Source: Asterias rubens (Eukaryota). From it: 64,000 bases of DNA. Within the stretch, counting starts at the first letter, position 1. Each line of letters starts with the position of its first letter. Positions 50,008 to 61,576 of this stretch are shown one piece after another. A program made the position numbers and the translations under genes. Location: positions 6,572,001 through 6,636,000 of the forward strand of contig NC_047064.1 of assembly GCF_902459465.1 (NCBI RefSeq), read 5' to 3'. The notes beneath the pieces were generated by a model. It was not told the DNA's origin. It did not search any database and saw only the letters and a list, made by a program, of their open reading frames with translations.

Positions 50008-50384
50008 AGGAACACGTTGCCTTGGATCGGTCGAGTTGGTCTTTGAAAAGCGTTCGTAACCGTTTTTTTTTAATAAAATGCATTTGGGTAGAAAGATGTT
50101 GTAAAAGTAGAATACAATGATCCACACAAACATGCCTCGAAATTGCACGGTTTTCCTTGTCGACTAACACGGTCGGCCATTAATGGGAGTCAAGTTTTTG
50201 ACACTCAAATGGCCGACCGTGTTAGTTCGCGCAGTAAAAGGAAAACCACGCAATTTCGAGGCAAACTTGTGTGGATCATTGTATTCTACTTTTAAAACAT
50301 CTTTCCAACCATATGCATTTTATAAACAACGGTTACAAACGCTTTTTATAAACCAACTCGTCCGATCCAAGGCAACGTGTTCCT
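50008..50384. mobile_element. Family-2 MITE
   Basis: TIR aggaacacgttgccttggatcgg; homologous to 45-411. Confidence 0.87.
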
Positions 50385-50417
50385 TTATGCCCTTCTGTGC
50401 ACAGTATGCTCTGCTCG

Positions 50418-50425
50418 TATAAAAG
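50418..50425 (+). promoter_or_regulatory. Possible TATA box of the channel gene
   Basis: TATAAAAG 340 bp upstream of ATG 50758; a palindromic CRE (TGACGTCA) lies at 49660-49667. Motif match only. Confidence 0.3.
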
Positions 50426-50757
50426 GGAGTTCGCAGTTTTCGATGCGCTGTACAAACGCTGTTAATTAGTATTTATTATGAACATGCAAACTATACTGTA
50501 TTAGCATTCATTTGCTGAATACCGGCTCTCAGCAAAAAGGGCCCACGCATCGACTACTAAAAACAGAAGACACCCTGCAGAGAGCATGACACTCCTGTAT
50601 CATCTTCTGAATATTAATGTCACACAATCTCCACAAACTTCCAGTCGTGACTGGTTGACACACTGATGTGACACCACACACAGTTGGGTTCGCGTGCCGA
50701 GAGAGCCACTCAGGGCAGCCCGATCGAGAACAGTGAGAGAGCGACCGAGAAGACAGC

Positions 50758-50828
50758 ATGCATCTCGTGGGGGAAAATGCAACCTTTCGCCGTATGCTGT
50801 GTGTCGTTATCGCGCTGATGCTAGTTCG
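50758..50828 (+). CDS. Glycine-receptor-like Cys-loop ion channel subunit, exon 1 (signal peptide)
   Basis: ATG 50758 reads MHLVGENATFRRMLCVVIALMLV-R, a basic then hydrophobic core. Donor cg|GTGAGT is phase 2 and compatible with exon 2. Confidence 0.72.
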
Positions 50829-51837
50829 GTGAGTGTTATTTTTACGAGGAGTCTGTGATAACAGAAATATTGGTTTGATTTGAATCGGTTCTAACATTTA
50901 CATCTATACATGGGGCTTTTGGGTTCACGTTGAATGTAGGTCGAAATATATTGTGACCTATAAATGCCTTGTTTGAGTGACGTGCATTTTGTAATTAAGT
51001 ATTTACATTTAATTACCCGCTTAATTAACTAACAATCTAATTTAATAATGCAGTTGTCCACTGTACAAACTGACATTGACGGTGTCATTGTCCGGTGATA
51101 TTGTTCGCCATATTGTAGTCATATCACGATTATGTTAAAGGAGAATGGACGAGAAAGTGTAGATTCGTGGATAGAATGTACGAGCCGATGGCGAGGGACG
51201 TTGTATTCACGAATCTACACTTTAGAGTACGGAGGCTTAAAAATGTTACCTTCATGTTACTGAGTCAGAACTGAGACAAATTATCTCAGAAACACAGAAT
51301 ATCTTCTTGGAAACACAGAATTCAACGACAATGCATCTTTGAAAGATGGAAGGCCAAGATAAGGTATCTTGAAACACGGAATACGGGAAGGCAATTTAAG
51401 CTTTCGTATGAGAGTCTATTCTCTGGCTTGAACTATTTCCCTCAATGATTATGTGACAGTTTCAAGGAATTGGATTTCTCAGTAATAATAACACTTATTA
51501 GTATATTTAATTTCGTGTAACTTGTCAAAACGACGGTATGGTCACGATAATTTGTATAACTATTGTGCAAAATACACTGGCATAGTTAGAGGGCTTGCGA
51601 CATTATGGAGAACAATTTCAGTTTGCTCAATAAACAATACATTGAGTTGACAAAAGTGAATTGGAAGATTTGTTTTTTTAAGTTGAAAGATAACGTATTT
51701 TCAGCTGTGCTTTGTTGCACATCATGTTATCTTTCAGTTTGGAAAGACAGTAGTTTGTAAACAATCGACACTTAAGTAAGACTCGTTACCGATGTACAGT
51801 TGAGTGCACGTTCGTATAAAATCTACACTTTCAATAA

Positions 51838-52155
51838 TTGAACTGGACACGTTTGATAATTGTCAAAGACAAGTTTTCTTGTAAACATTTGATCTCATTG
51901 GTCGTAGAAGTTTTTAAAAAACAATGCATGAAAAACACCCTTGTTGCTGTGTGCTTTCAGATGCATAATAAAAGTCAGCTGAAGCCTTTTATTTTAGTGA
52001 TAAAATACCTCCTTCTAAAATAAAAATACGTTACTTCAGAGCTTGGTTATTCCTCCATGTTCACAGGGAGCCGTTTCTTATACAATGTTTTGTAATACTG
52101 ACAGCTCCCCGTGCTAACAATTATTTTGCGTAATTACCAATAGTGTCCAGTGCCT
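51838..52155. mobile_element. Family-1 MITE (diverged)
   Basis: actggacacgtttgataattgtcaaagac...tagtgtccagtgcct-ttaa. Confidence 0.75.
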
Positions 52156-52264
52156 TTAATATAGAGTGATGTCACAGAAAAGGGTTTATGTAATTGAGGT
52201 ATGAGAATGCGTGCGTTGCCGCGCAAACATACACGACCCTGAAGATAAGTATGGAAACAAACGT

Positions 52265-52414
52265 CAATGGGAGACTTTCTGGGACGATAGAGGGCAGCAG
52301 ACTTACCGGGTAAATCCATTGTTCTCAGAATTATGCGCATGTTCAGAACTACGTAAACAATGGAAATTTACCCGGTATGTCTGCTGCCACCTAGCGTTGG
52401 AAAGTCTCCTATTG
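52265..52414. mobile_element. 150-bp palindromic MITE, copy 2 (inverted relative to copy 1)
   Basis: Reverse complement of 49824-49973. Confidence 0.82.
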
Positions 52415-52894
52415 AATTCAATTGGACGCTATGGAGGGACTGTGTCCTAGTTTTGAGGTTGGGGGGGGGGGGGGGAGTCAATACATTCAAATCGGCTTGC
52501 TTTCCGAACCGAGTCATGCAGGTCTACATTGCTCTATATACATAATTTGTCTGCTATAGTAGGGGGCCTTTTACATCCTCTAAAATTTATTTGTTTTCTA
52601 ACTTATTTAGAACAATTGTGGGGCACACGGACCGGAAATTGTATCTGTATATTAATTCACGCTAGCTGTAATTTAACGTATATGTCTCTCCGTTTAATTG
52701 GTATGGGACTTTGGTTTCTCTTTCGAAGGTATACAATTGCCATCAAGGCAACATTTTAAGACATTTTGGAGCCAACAAACCTATCTCCCATACTATATTT
52801 CCCTCATAGGGTGTCGCCCCACCCCCCCCCTTTCAACGTGACCACCGAATTCGATGCCATGAGGTTGGACAAAAATGTACTCTAATTAAGTAGA

Positions 52895-53237
52895 TTGTAA
52901 TAATTGTCAAATACCAGTCTTCTCACTCGGTGTATCTCAACATATATGCACAAAATAACAAACCCGCGAAGTTGCGAGATAATAATGGAAGAAAGCAAAC
53001 TTTTTCACACGAAGTAGTGTGTTTTCAGATGCTTGATTTCGATACATCAAAATATAATTCGGAGATCTCAAAATCAAATTCGTGGAAAAAATTTTCTTTC
53101 TCGAAAACTACGTTTTACTTCAGAGGGAGCCATTTCTTACAAAGTTTTATACTATCAACAGCTCTACAATGCTTGTAACCAAGTAAGTTTGTATGCAACA
53201 ATTATTTCTTAGTAATTACCAATAGTATCGAATTCCT
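52895..53237. mobile_element. Family-1 MITE (eroded ends)
   Basis: Internal family-1 blocks (ggtgtatctcaacatatgc, cttcagagggagcc). Confidence 0.7.
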
Positions 53238-53324
53238 TTAAACAAATTTACTAATACCTAGAAAAGGAAACAAAATAATATAAATGACTTTTGGGGTAAA
53301 CAAAGACAAATTTACTGCCAACAT

Positions 53325-53400
53325 AGGAACAGAAAGCTCAGTTGTTAGAGCGCCGGCACGTTAATCTAGATGTCGTTGGTTCAAATCCTACTCTAGTGCA
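53325..53400 (+). mobile_element. tRNA-derived SINE head
   Basis: A-box agctcagttgttagagc and B-box ggttcaaatcc, but the anticodon and acceptor stems do not pair well, so not a functional tRNA. Confidence 0.7.
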
Positions 53401-54027
53401 TTTTTCTTTGTTCCAGCCCAAATCAGTTAAAATTTACTCAGCAGCAGTTTCCCTTTTGGTTTATAATATTAGTTGATACAATAATACAAAGTCTCCTGAG
53501 TAGGCCTACATAAACTGTCGTCAGAACTTGTAATTGTGCACGTGGACTGCCCTATAATGGTTTTAGCCGGGCTGCATTATCCTAAACGGAATCTCCCAGT
53601 AATCCAGGAAAGAGTAAGTACTGTAAGTTTTATATGTCAATGCTTTGTGTTAACTCCCAACTGCCCTGATAAAGACATGACTGTGGAATACTCTTTTTAT
53701 TTTGTCCTTTCTTCTTTTTCTTCTTCTTCTTTCCCCTCCTTTAAATTATCCTTGACATTTTTCTGCACGAAGACTTTTAGTACAATAAGATTACTCCGTC
53801 CTTCATTTTGTCACGATCCACATCAGAATCTCAGGCCGTGTCTGAATAAGCAATTTGCGTGTTAGATGTGAATATTGTCTGGTACATTGACGTGCTTGAT
53901 CACAAGTTACCACTTAAATTTGAATTCACATGATTCGGGGCAAGTTTGCCTAGTTTGAGGCGGTGAACATGCCTTACAATGTTTTAAATGAAGGTAAATG
54001 ACACAATGGTACCGGGGTCTGCTCATC

Positions 54028-54440
54028 TAGCTGGGGTTGCTATACAAAAGCTTGCCCCGAATCATGTGACATAGCAACTGTCTATAGTCTGGTGAGTTCA
54101 ACTTAAAGTGTTAACTTGTGATCAAACAAGTCATTGTATTAGACAATATTCAAATCTAATACGCAAATTGCTTATTGGCGGCTACACTACGGCTTCAGCT
54201 AGATTTCCGCGTCATCATGCGTTGATGAGGCATAGCTGGGGTTGCTATACAAAAGCTTGCCCCGAATCATGTGACATAGCAACTGTCTATAGTCTGGTGA
54301 GTTCAACTTAAAGTGTTAACTTGTGATCAAACAAGTCATTGTATTAGACAATATTCAAATCTAATACGCAAATTGCTTATTGGCGGCTACACTACGGCTT
54401 CAGCTAGATTTCCGCGTCATCATGCGTTGATGAGGCATAG
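54028..54440. repeat. Perfect 205-bp tandem duplication
   Basis: Units start at 54028 and 54233; no differences seen; 3-bp TAG junction microhomology. Confidence 0.93.
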
Positions 54441-55409
54441 GACGTCATTATAGTAACACCCTTAGCAACAACCGTAGCCTTTTACAACTCGAGTGTGGTT
54501 TCTTAGGTTGTTTTACTTTATATTAAAAGGCCCTCGTGGCTTTGCCATACTCGACTCGCCCCAGTGATCTCTCCTTCCAGTCGCTTGGGATTGCGGTTCT
54601 CTACAAAGCTGTGCAAGCCAAGAAGGTTTTGACTCAAAACTAGGTGTGCTCAAGCAAATAAAGAGACAGAGACCCCCCCCCCCCCCCTCCTTCCACCCAC
54701 CCACCCTTTACATGAACCCAGCACTGAAAATGGCACGAACATACTACCCATAACCCAAAACAAACAACCCGGCAAATGAACCATCAAATATCAATATACA
54801 TATTATACATACGCTGATAAATGAATAATAAGTAATTGTTTACACGATATAGTTCAAATATTTGTTTTGCATCTTGAAATTTTCTCACAAACTCTTTATA
54901 CGAATATCAGATTCCTTTGAGTACACAGTAATTTTAAATAAAACATTGTACATAATGTTGGAGTACAGTATCGTTGAATTTTTCAGCCCATCAACTTTAA
55001 ACATGATCGCAAAATGAGTGTCTGATGAGCGATATCACGAGGACACTAAGCCATACAGGTGCTTAGTGTTAGGATGGAAGACTACATAACCAATTCGGAT
55101 TCTTATGTCGGGTCGCTTATAACACGTCGCCCAAAGGCGGGTTCTGTATAGGTTTAATACTTTGCAAAAAGAGATAAATTTGCAAGACGCTATTTGTGTC
55201 ATCGTCACCCTAAACTTTGTTAGCACGATTGAACTTTGGGAGCTGAAGCAAGGTCTAGCCCAAAGAGGCCGAAGTCAACCGGACCCAGTCTTACCCCCTT
55301 GCCTGACATGTGAACATCTACGCTCGGACACTGACTTTTGTTTGATATCACCTAATAAGTTTATATGGTGAATGTCTACATTGTCATCGATAATGGATAT
55401 TGGACATTC

Positions 55410-56033
55410 CCTATATATACAACGTTGATCTTTGCTGTACAAACATGTGAATTACCAATATCCAATATCAAATTAACGTTGATTGTCATGACAACAGATG
55501 ACACAGTACATGATTACAATACTAGGTCGTCAGCTAAATTACATGTTCCCCTATTTAGATCAACTCTTTCCCAACACACAATTTCTTTCACTGGACCAAA
55601 AAACTGGAATAATCTTCTACCACCAATTACTAATTGCCCCTCAATTAGCTCGTTTAAATACCGACTAAAAACGTTTTTACTAAATTCCCAACATAGTTGA
55701 TCGATTTGCTTTTTTATACTGGTAGTTGGCTTAGCCGTTACTTACTTACCAACCTACTTACTCGTCTATGTTTTCACATTTGTATTGTTTGTGTAATTGC
55801 TGTCCCTTTGTTTACTTCACATACATGTTCTGCTTCATAGTTATATTTACATTGTTTAACCATGGTTAAACCTTTGTGTAGTTATCTACCGTAGTGGAAT
55901 GTATTTATTTATTCGTCTATTTAGTGCTGTATTCCTGTTTTGTTCTGTAATCTTGTAACACAAGCCTCGGCTTTTAGGATGATGCTTCCATGTGATATGA
56001 ATGTGGAAATAAATGTTTTATTGATTGATTGAT
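55410..56033 (+). mobile_element. CR1/L2-group LINE 3' fragment
   Basis: VHDYNTR...ISFTGPKNWNNL..I..CPSISSFKYRLKTFL* matches the ORF2 C-terminal motif; AATAAA then a (TTGA)n tail. Confidence 0.8.
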
Positions 56034-56734
56034 ATCTACACGTATGAAGGACTGGGAAATCTTGGGACACCATTGGCCGAGGACACCACTCGACATAGAG
56101 GTAGACTATTGAGCTTGTCTATATAATGCATCAGGGTCAATGGACGTTCTAACAGGTTCAAATGGCTTCAAGTGGACTCAAAAGCAGACTCTATACGGCT
56201 TGACGGCTTCTCCATTAAGCTCCAGCGAGTCTAGTCGTAAACCAAAGGGGAATGCGGTGTCCCACGTGGCGACTGCTTCATCTCAGAATGTGTACCGTAC
56301 CAGCAACAAAAGCATTTTTCATCATAGGCTGCATGGGGAGCAACGTAATGCAAGGTTTATACATACATGGTGGAATCTTGAATTACAAAATTGTGTAATC
56401 ATGATGGTGTATCGAATTCAAACTGGGCAAAGATCATTAATGGACAGCGGTATGGGGTCCGTTTCTGATGTAATATGGTTATTAGTAGCTACAGTAAGTA
56501 ATGCAATAGAATCGTTGTGGTTATGGAAAATATTTAGGAAAACAATTTAGAAATTTTCTTCTCTGGACGAACTTTTACAGATGATGTTGTTTCGACAACA
56601 AAAAACTTCTGCATATGCCATGGACAATACACAAGATACGAGTGTCATATTTTCATACTTGACTGACGGACGTGAGATAATGTCAGGATCCCGATAATTA
56701 CAATTTTTCAGTGTTCTAAATGACTAAATTTTAA

Positions 56735-57116
56735 AGGAACGTTACAGAATTGGTAACAAACAAAAATCGTGAAGATCGCAGAGTAACATAAAACTTACAC
56801 GGTCTAATGATGATGATAGCAGAAAACATCCCATGAAATTTTATTGTCTGAAATGCCATATTTGAAGAGAAATAAATAATCTTTTTTCCTGTTTGGAGTT
56901 ATTCGCTCAGTGAGCGTTTTATTCATTATTTTGTTTTTGCATTGATGTCATGCAAAATAATGTGTAATCGGTTTTTCACTATTTTCTCGTGAGCCATGTG
57001 GCTGATCGATCTCAAACTTCTACAGGTTTGTAAATTTATGTATATGGTGGTCTACATAAAGTGCTAACACTGCTAGCAACTGTTTTGTTAGCAAGAACCA
57101 ATTTTGTAATGTTCCT
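56735..57116. mobile_element. Family-4 MITE
   Basis: TIR aggaacgttacagaattgg / ccaattttgtaatgttcct with TTAA TSD. Confidence 0.87.
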
Positions 57117-57149
57117 TTAAATAAAATGCCGGAACACTTTCCTCCGTAG

Positions 57150-57235
57150 ATTTGTGAACGGCACTATGAACACCTCTGCGGTGCTAGAAGGAATGTTTGC
57201 AGGGTACGACAAGCGCATCCGGCCTTCTTGCAGAG
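57150..57235 (+). CDS. Glycine-receptor-like Cys-loop ion channel subunit, exon 2
   Basis: Acceptor cactttcctccgtAG; reads FVNGTMNTSAVLEGMFAGYDKRIRPSCR, matching the GYDxRxRP helix motif of GlyR/GABA-A. Donor g|GTGAGT is phase 1. Confidence 0.88.
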
Positions 57236-57254
57236 GTGAGTACGAAAAACACTC

Positions 57255-58140
57255 TTATATAGCGCATTTTACAAAAACCGTATCAATGCACTTTACATTT
57301 TAGTGCCCTGGTCATGGGGCCAAATACATTCCTTTTAAGTTTTTCTCAATTCATCGTGGACTAATACAACCCCGGGGCAACCGTAGCGCCCAATTTTTCT
57401 TTTCAAACACAATATCAAACCTCTATACCCTCACAGGTATAGGCATTTATACCATTGGGGGAGTCGGAGAGAAGCAATTATAGTCAAGTATCTTGCTCAA
57501 TGATATAAATGAATAACCGACACAACGACACAAGTGTCATGACCAGTAGCCGATTTCACGAAACGCTAGGATTAATCCTATCCCGAGTTAGGGCGAGTAA
57601 CCGTTGGATGGAATCAATGCGTTCTAACGTCCATAGGATACGGAACTTAAAGATGCTATCTCAGATTTTTGGCCCCAGACATTAAAAAATAGATTTTTTT
57701 GAGTGAACGGTATTTCAAAGAGTATCACCTGCTCTAACGAAAAAAAAGGTTAAACTTTTACTTTTAATGGTCAGGAACCATGACAAAAATTTAAAACGTT
57801 TCTTATAAAACACATAAGAATTGGTCACGTGATATATTGTCGGGATCCCGACACAAACTAATTTTGAGCACTTTATTTCACTGCTACTAATAATTGGCGG
57901 ACTTTTTCGAGCAATGGCTCAAATGAAAGCTTGTAACTAGCTCGACCCCCATCAAAATACCTATTGAATTTTAAATCAAAATGTTTGGGTCAAATCAGCC
58001 AAAAATCTGACATAGCATCTTTAACTCGTCGTACAAGATTAATCCTAAGTTAGGAAGAATTTGGTGAAATCGACGGCTGAACCCACACTAAGATTACCTA
58101 ACCACAGAACTTGAAGTCTTTAAACCATTCGGCCATGGCA
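57255..58140 (-). mobile_element. tRNA-derived SINE interrupted by nested MITEs
   Basis: SINE-like body (gagaagcaattatagt...gacacaagtgtcatgacc) resumes at gaacccacact after the insertion at 57544-58079; family assignment is from recall. Confidence 0.6.
57544..58079. mobile_element. Small TIR element hosting a family-5 MITE (57651-58020)
   Basis: Imperfect TIR cagtagccgatttcac / gtgaaatcgacggctg; inner element has TTAA TSDs at 57647-57650 and 58021-58024. Confidence 0.72.
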
Positions 58141-58565
58141 ACCTACAATGGGATGGTACGGATTGTAAGATTACAACTGAACAATGACCACAATCTATGA
58201 TCATTTTCACCAAAGACCCGCTGTGTACTATTTGTTTTGTTCGTTTCCCCGCAGTGTGTGTTTTTGAGTCTGAAATTTATTAATAAAGAAGTTTATACTA
58301 GAACATTTTTTTCCCCATGAAATGAATTCACATTCTGGTTAACTGTTAATTTAAAAGAAAAACTGCAACAATCGATTTCAGACAAATAAGATACATGCTG
58401 AAAATTGTGCATGTTTTTTCAATATTTTCTTCTAACTCACACAACGGAATAAGGGAAAATTTTTCACAGCTTTATTAATTCAAAAAGGATATGGTTGATC
58501 ACACAAAACATGAACACTGACCGCGACTAATTTGCTACCTTTTTTTTCCGCTCTATTAATTTGTA

Positions 58566-59115
58566 TTCATAAACACCTCACACAGTTTCGCTATTCCTAT
58601 TGGTGGAGAGCGCGTCACGTGGGTGTGTATAAACCTTTGTTTATGACCGGTAAAACGTGTTAATTCATGGGCGTGACACGCGACCTTGCACCTGTTCTTT
58701 TAAGACAGTTTCTTTATTCCTATTGGTCGAGAGCAACAGCTGAAACAGTTGTGCCACACCACTCGATACGCGCGAAGCACAGCATTCCCTTATAAGGAGT
58801 TGTTTACCCGAGGGCGGCGGAGGGCTTTACCATTTCAAAGCTGGAGGGGTGTTGTGTTGAAAGAAATCATTTAACAATTATAATGTTTGCATTTATTTTA
58901 CTTTTTGACCAAAAAGTGATGATGTTTTTGACCGAAAAGGTATTTATGAATGGGAATCAAAGTGTGTTGAATCGGTTTTCAACTAGTGGTTTAAACCCGC
59001 CGAGGCCTGGTTCTTTATAATTTACCTCGACTTCGTCTCGGTAAAATTATCAAGAACCAGGCTTCTTTGGGATTAAACCACTAGTTGAAAACATCTTCAC
59101 CACACATTGATTCCC
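58566..59115. mobile_element. Inverted-repeat-bounded element plus terminal hairpin
   Basis: ttcataaacacct / aggtatttatgaa inverted pair, followed by a ~165-bp hairpin at 58952-59115. Confidence 0.6.
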
Positions 59116-59836
59116 TTATTCAGGGCATATTTAGTGTACATCCGATGTAGGTCACCAGATCTACGCATCATTTGTTTTTGCTCTCCGGAGCCCTCGCCCA
59201 TCTCGGGAAATAGCTAGTGTCTTGTATTTGTTCATGTACTGCTGTTATGGCAATCAAATAGTTATGATAATAACACTATGTACCTTTAAAGCAAAAGTCA
59301 ACCATTGACCGTGAAACTAGCTTGAACATTCAAACTGTTACTGGGATCATTGATAATCACACCGCTTGCTCAAGCGTGTGAATGAAATAGACTAGAGCAC
59401 TTCAACGGACCAATTATTTGAAACCTGATAGTGGCACGGTCCTTTCCGAGAGTTTCAACAACTGGTTAAACCTTTTTGATCATTCCACTCTTGAGTGACA
59501 TTAATGACAGACAATGTATAAGCATAAATGCCCACTATGATTGTCTTTGTTTTGCACCAAGTGTCACATACTCCCAACGCAAAGCACCTGTAATGAGTAT
59601 AGCAGAATACAATGTGATTAAAGCATGGCTGACTGACCATTATTCTAACAAATGATGGGACTATAAAGCGACTGTTCTGGAAAAAAAATGGGTCGTGACT
59701 TGAGCCATGTTGATTTATATATATTTTTTTTTTTTTTTTTTTTAATTTAGAGGATGGGAACTCATCTATGGCGACTTCTGATGAAGGTAAGCAGGTTACT
59801 TATAACATAAAAACAACAAACGAAAATTCTGTTTAA

Positions 59837-60186
59837 AGGGACTGTACACGTTTGATTATGCCTCTGAAAATTAAGTGCAATCTAGAATTACTTGGTGAGA
59901 AGTTCATAAGCTTTGGATGGTACAATGCATTTGGAGAGATGTCCACTTCGAAGTGCTGAAAAAAGGTATTTTGAATCTGAGAAGCGTTACTGACGGTAAC
60001 ATTTCTCAGAAAGTGCGTTTCATTTGCAGATCATTCTTCTGAGGGAACAAACCGCTCAAAACTGTCGGCAATATCGCAAAACCCTTCCACCTTTTGAAAT
60101 AAAATTTTAACAGGTTAGATTTTATACAAACAACTATAGGATTAAAACAAACAGTAGGTTGCACTTAACAAACGTATACAATCCTT
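59837..60186. mobile_element. TTAA-flanked MITE (family-1 relative)
   Basis: agggactgtacacgttt / aaacgtatacaatcctt with TTAA on both sides. Confidence 0.7.
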
Positions 60187-60201
60187 TTAAGATTGGTTGT
60201 A

Positions 60202-60933
60202 TATAGGCTGTCACTCGCTAACGAGTAAGACTATCGGGGGGTTGAGTTTCGAAGTTTAAGTTGGCAAGACTCCTCATGCGAGTATAGGCCAATCCTGGCA
60301 GATGTTTGGCGGCCACAGTATCTGCATTGGAGGGATGCGTCCTCGGGATAAACCGCTCTCTGGTGACGCCGCATCCTCCTAGTCCTCACCTCAGCCTGAT
60401 CCCGAAGGCCTGCGCCATGTGTTTATAGTGCAGCATACGTTGCGCATCTGTAGCGACACTCTCTGGGTTCCAGTGTTCTGTATCCATCGGAGAGCCTGGG
60501 CTCCACAGCTGGAGAACACAAGAACTTCCCCGCAGTGCTCAGAAGAAAGAGAACCCCTTCCACTGAGGTGGTTCCAACCATGCCATTGACCAACCAGTAG
60601 TTCACCTGCCATGAAGGGATACCAAACCACTGCTGCCTGGTTTGGGGATTTGTGGTCAGAGTACACCGTCTCCTAGAAGGGTTTCCTAGCAGGGATAACG
60701 GGCCCCCTCCGCCCGGGTTTTAAATCAGGAGAGCTACCATCCAATGTTGATGAGCCCCTCCCGCCCAGAGCAATCTGGTTTTGGGCGCCAGAAACCCGCC
60801 TTCACACCTCTGCTTACTGTTCGCAACAGGGATCGGAACATGAAGCCAAGCAGATAGGAGTTTGATTAGGAGAGGCTCTTTGTGACGCTGGTCACCCTAC
60901 CCATCCCGACCATCCCAACCCTTTGACCCCCGT
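60202..60933 (-). mobile_element. Non-autonomous, internally deleted RTE-clade non-LTR retrotransposon with 12-bp TSD
   Basis: Direct repeat AGATTGGTTGTA at 60190-60201 and 60934-60945. Minus-strand remnant CRYCGRQTSARIGLYSHEESC (60326-60264) matches the RTE ORF C-terminal CxxC..RIGLxSH motif. RTE-like 5' UTR; no RT core. Confidence 0.85.
60809..60931 (-). ncRNA. Candidate HDV-like self-cleaving ribozyme (possibly degenerate) at the RTE 5' end
   Basis: Manual parse: P1 GGGGGUC/GAUCCCU with a G1-U wobble, P2 UCUGCUU/AAGCAGA, P3 GGC/UCC (one mismatch), L3 UUCAUGU. G1 lies 2 nt from the TSD-defined 5' end. Confidence 0.6.
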
Positions 60934-60991
60934 AGATTGGTTGTAGAACAGCAATTTGAAATGTCGATCATGTTTGGGCTCTTTTAATAAA

Positions 60992-61247
60992 AGACACTGG
61001 ACACTTTGGTAATTGTCAAAGACCAGTATTCTCACTTGGTGTATCTGCATGAAATACCAAACCTGTGGAAATGATGGCTCAATTGGTCATCGAAGTTTCA
61101 TGGGAAAAAACACCCTTGTTGCACAACTTTGTCTTCCAGATGTGAGAAAGTATACCTCTTTCTCAAAAAACCACGTCACTTCAGAAGTAGCCGTTTTTCA
61201 TGAATGAACAACTCTCATTGCTTGTTGCCAAAAGTGTCCAGTTCCCT
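60992..61247. mobile_element. Shortened family-1 MITE
   Basis: agacactggacactttggtaattgtcaaagacc...aagtgtccagttccct. Confidence 0.72.
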
Positions 61248-61576
61248 TTCCGAATGATTGTAAATTTTATTCTTTTTTTTTACGATCATGTTTTGCCTCT
61301 TTAAGCCTGAATGATCGAGCAAGGAAACTTGTGACAATTGTGCCGACGGCTCCTATACGGAACTCTGCCAGGTGTTCAAATTAACAATTCACTCTTCGCT
61401 GCTCCTTCCAAACATTCAATTTAAAACAAAACAAAAGACGAATTCGTTTCCCGCTTCTTTCAGACAGCACTTTAAGCATAAATTACTTACGGTTTTGGGG
61501 TTCCAAAACACAAACAGGTAACGAAATCATATGCTAAAACATTTAGATTTACCGGGATATATGTTTGTGTTTTATA

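Noticed and set aside
53325-53400. tRNA gene
   Set aside because: A and B boxes are present but the acceptor and anticodon stems do not pair; it is better explained as a SINE head.
55365-55700. 111-aa ORF as a host gene
   Set aside because: Its C-terminal half is the CR1/L2 ORF2 end motif, so it is a LINE remnant.
56140-56550. 136-aa ORF as a nested gene
   Set aside because: No recognisable domain or supporting splice structure; it lies in repeat-rich intron 1.
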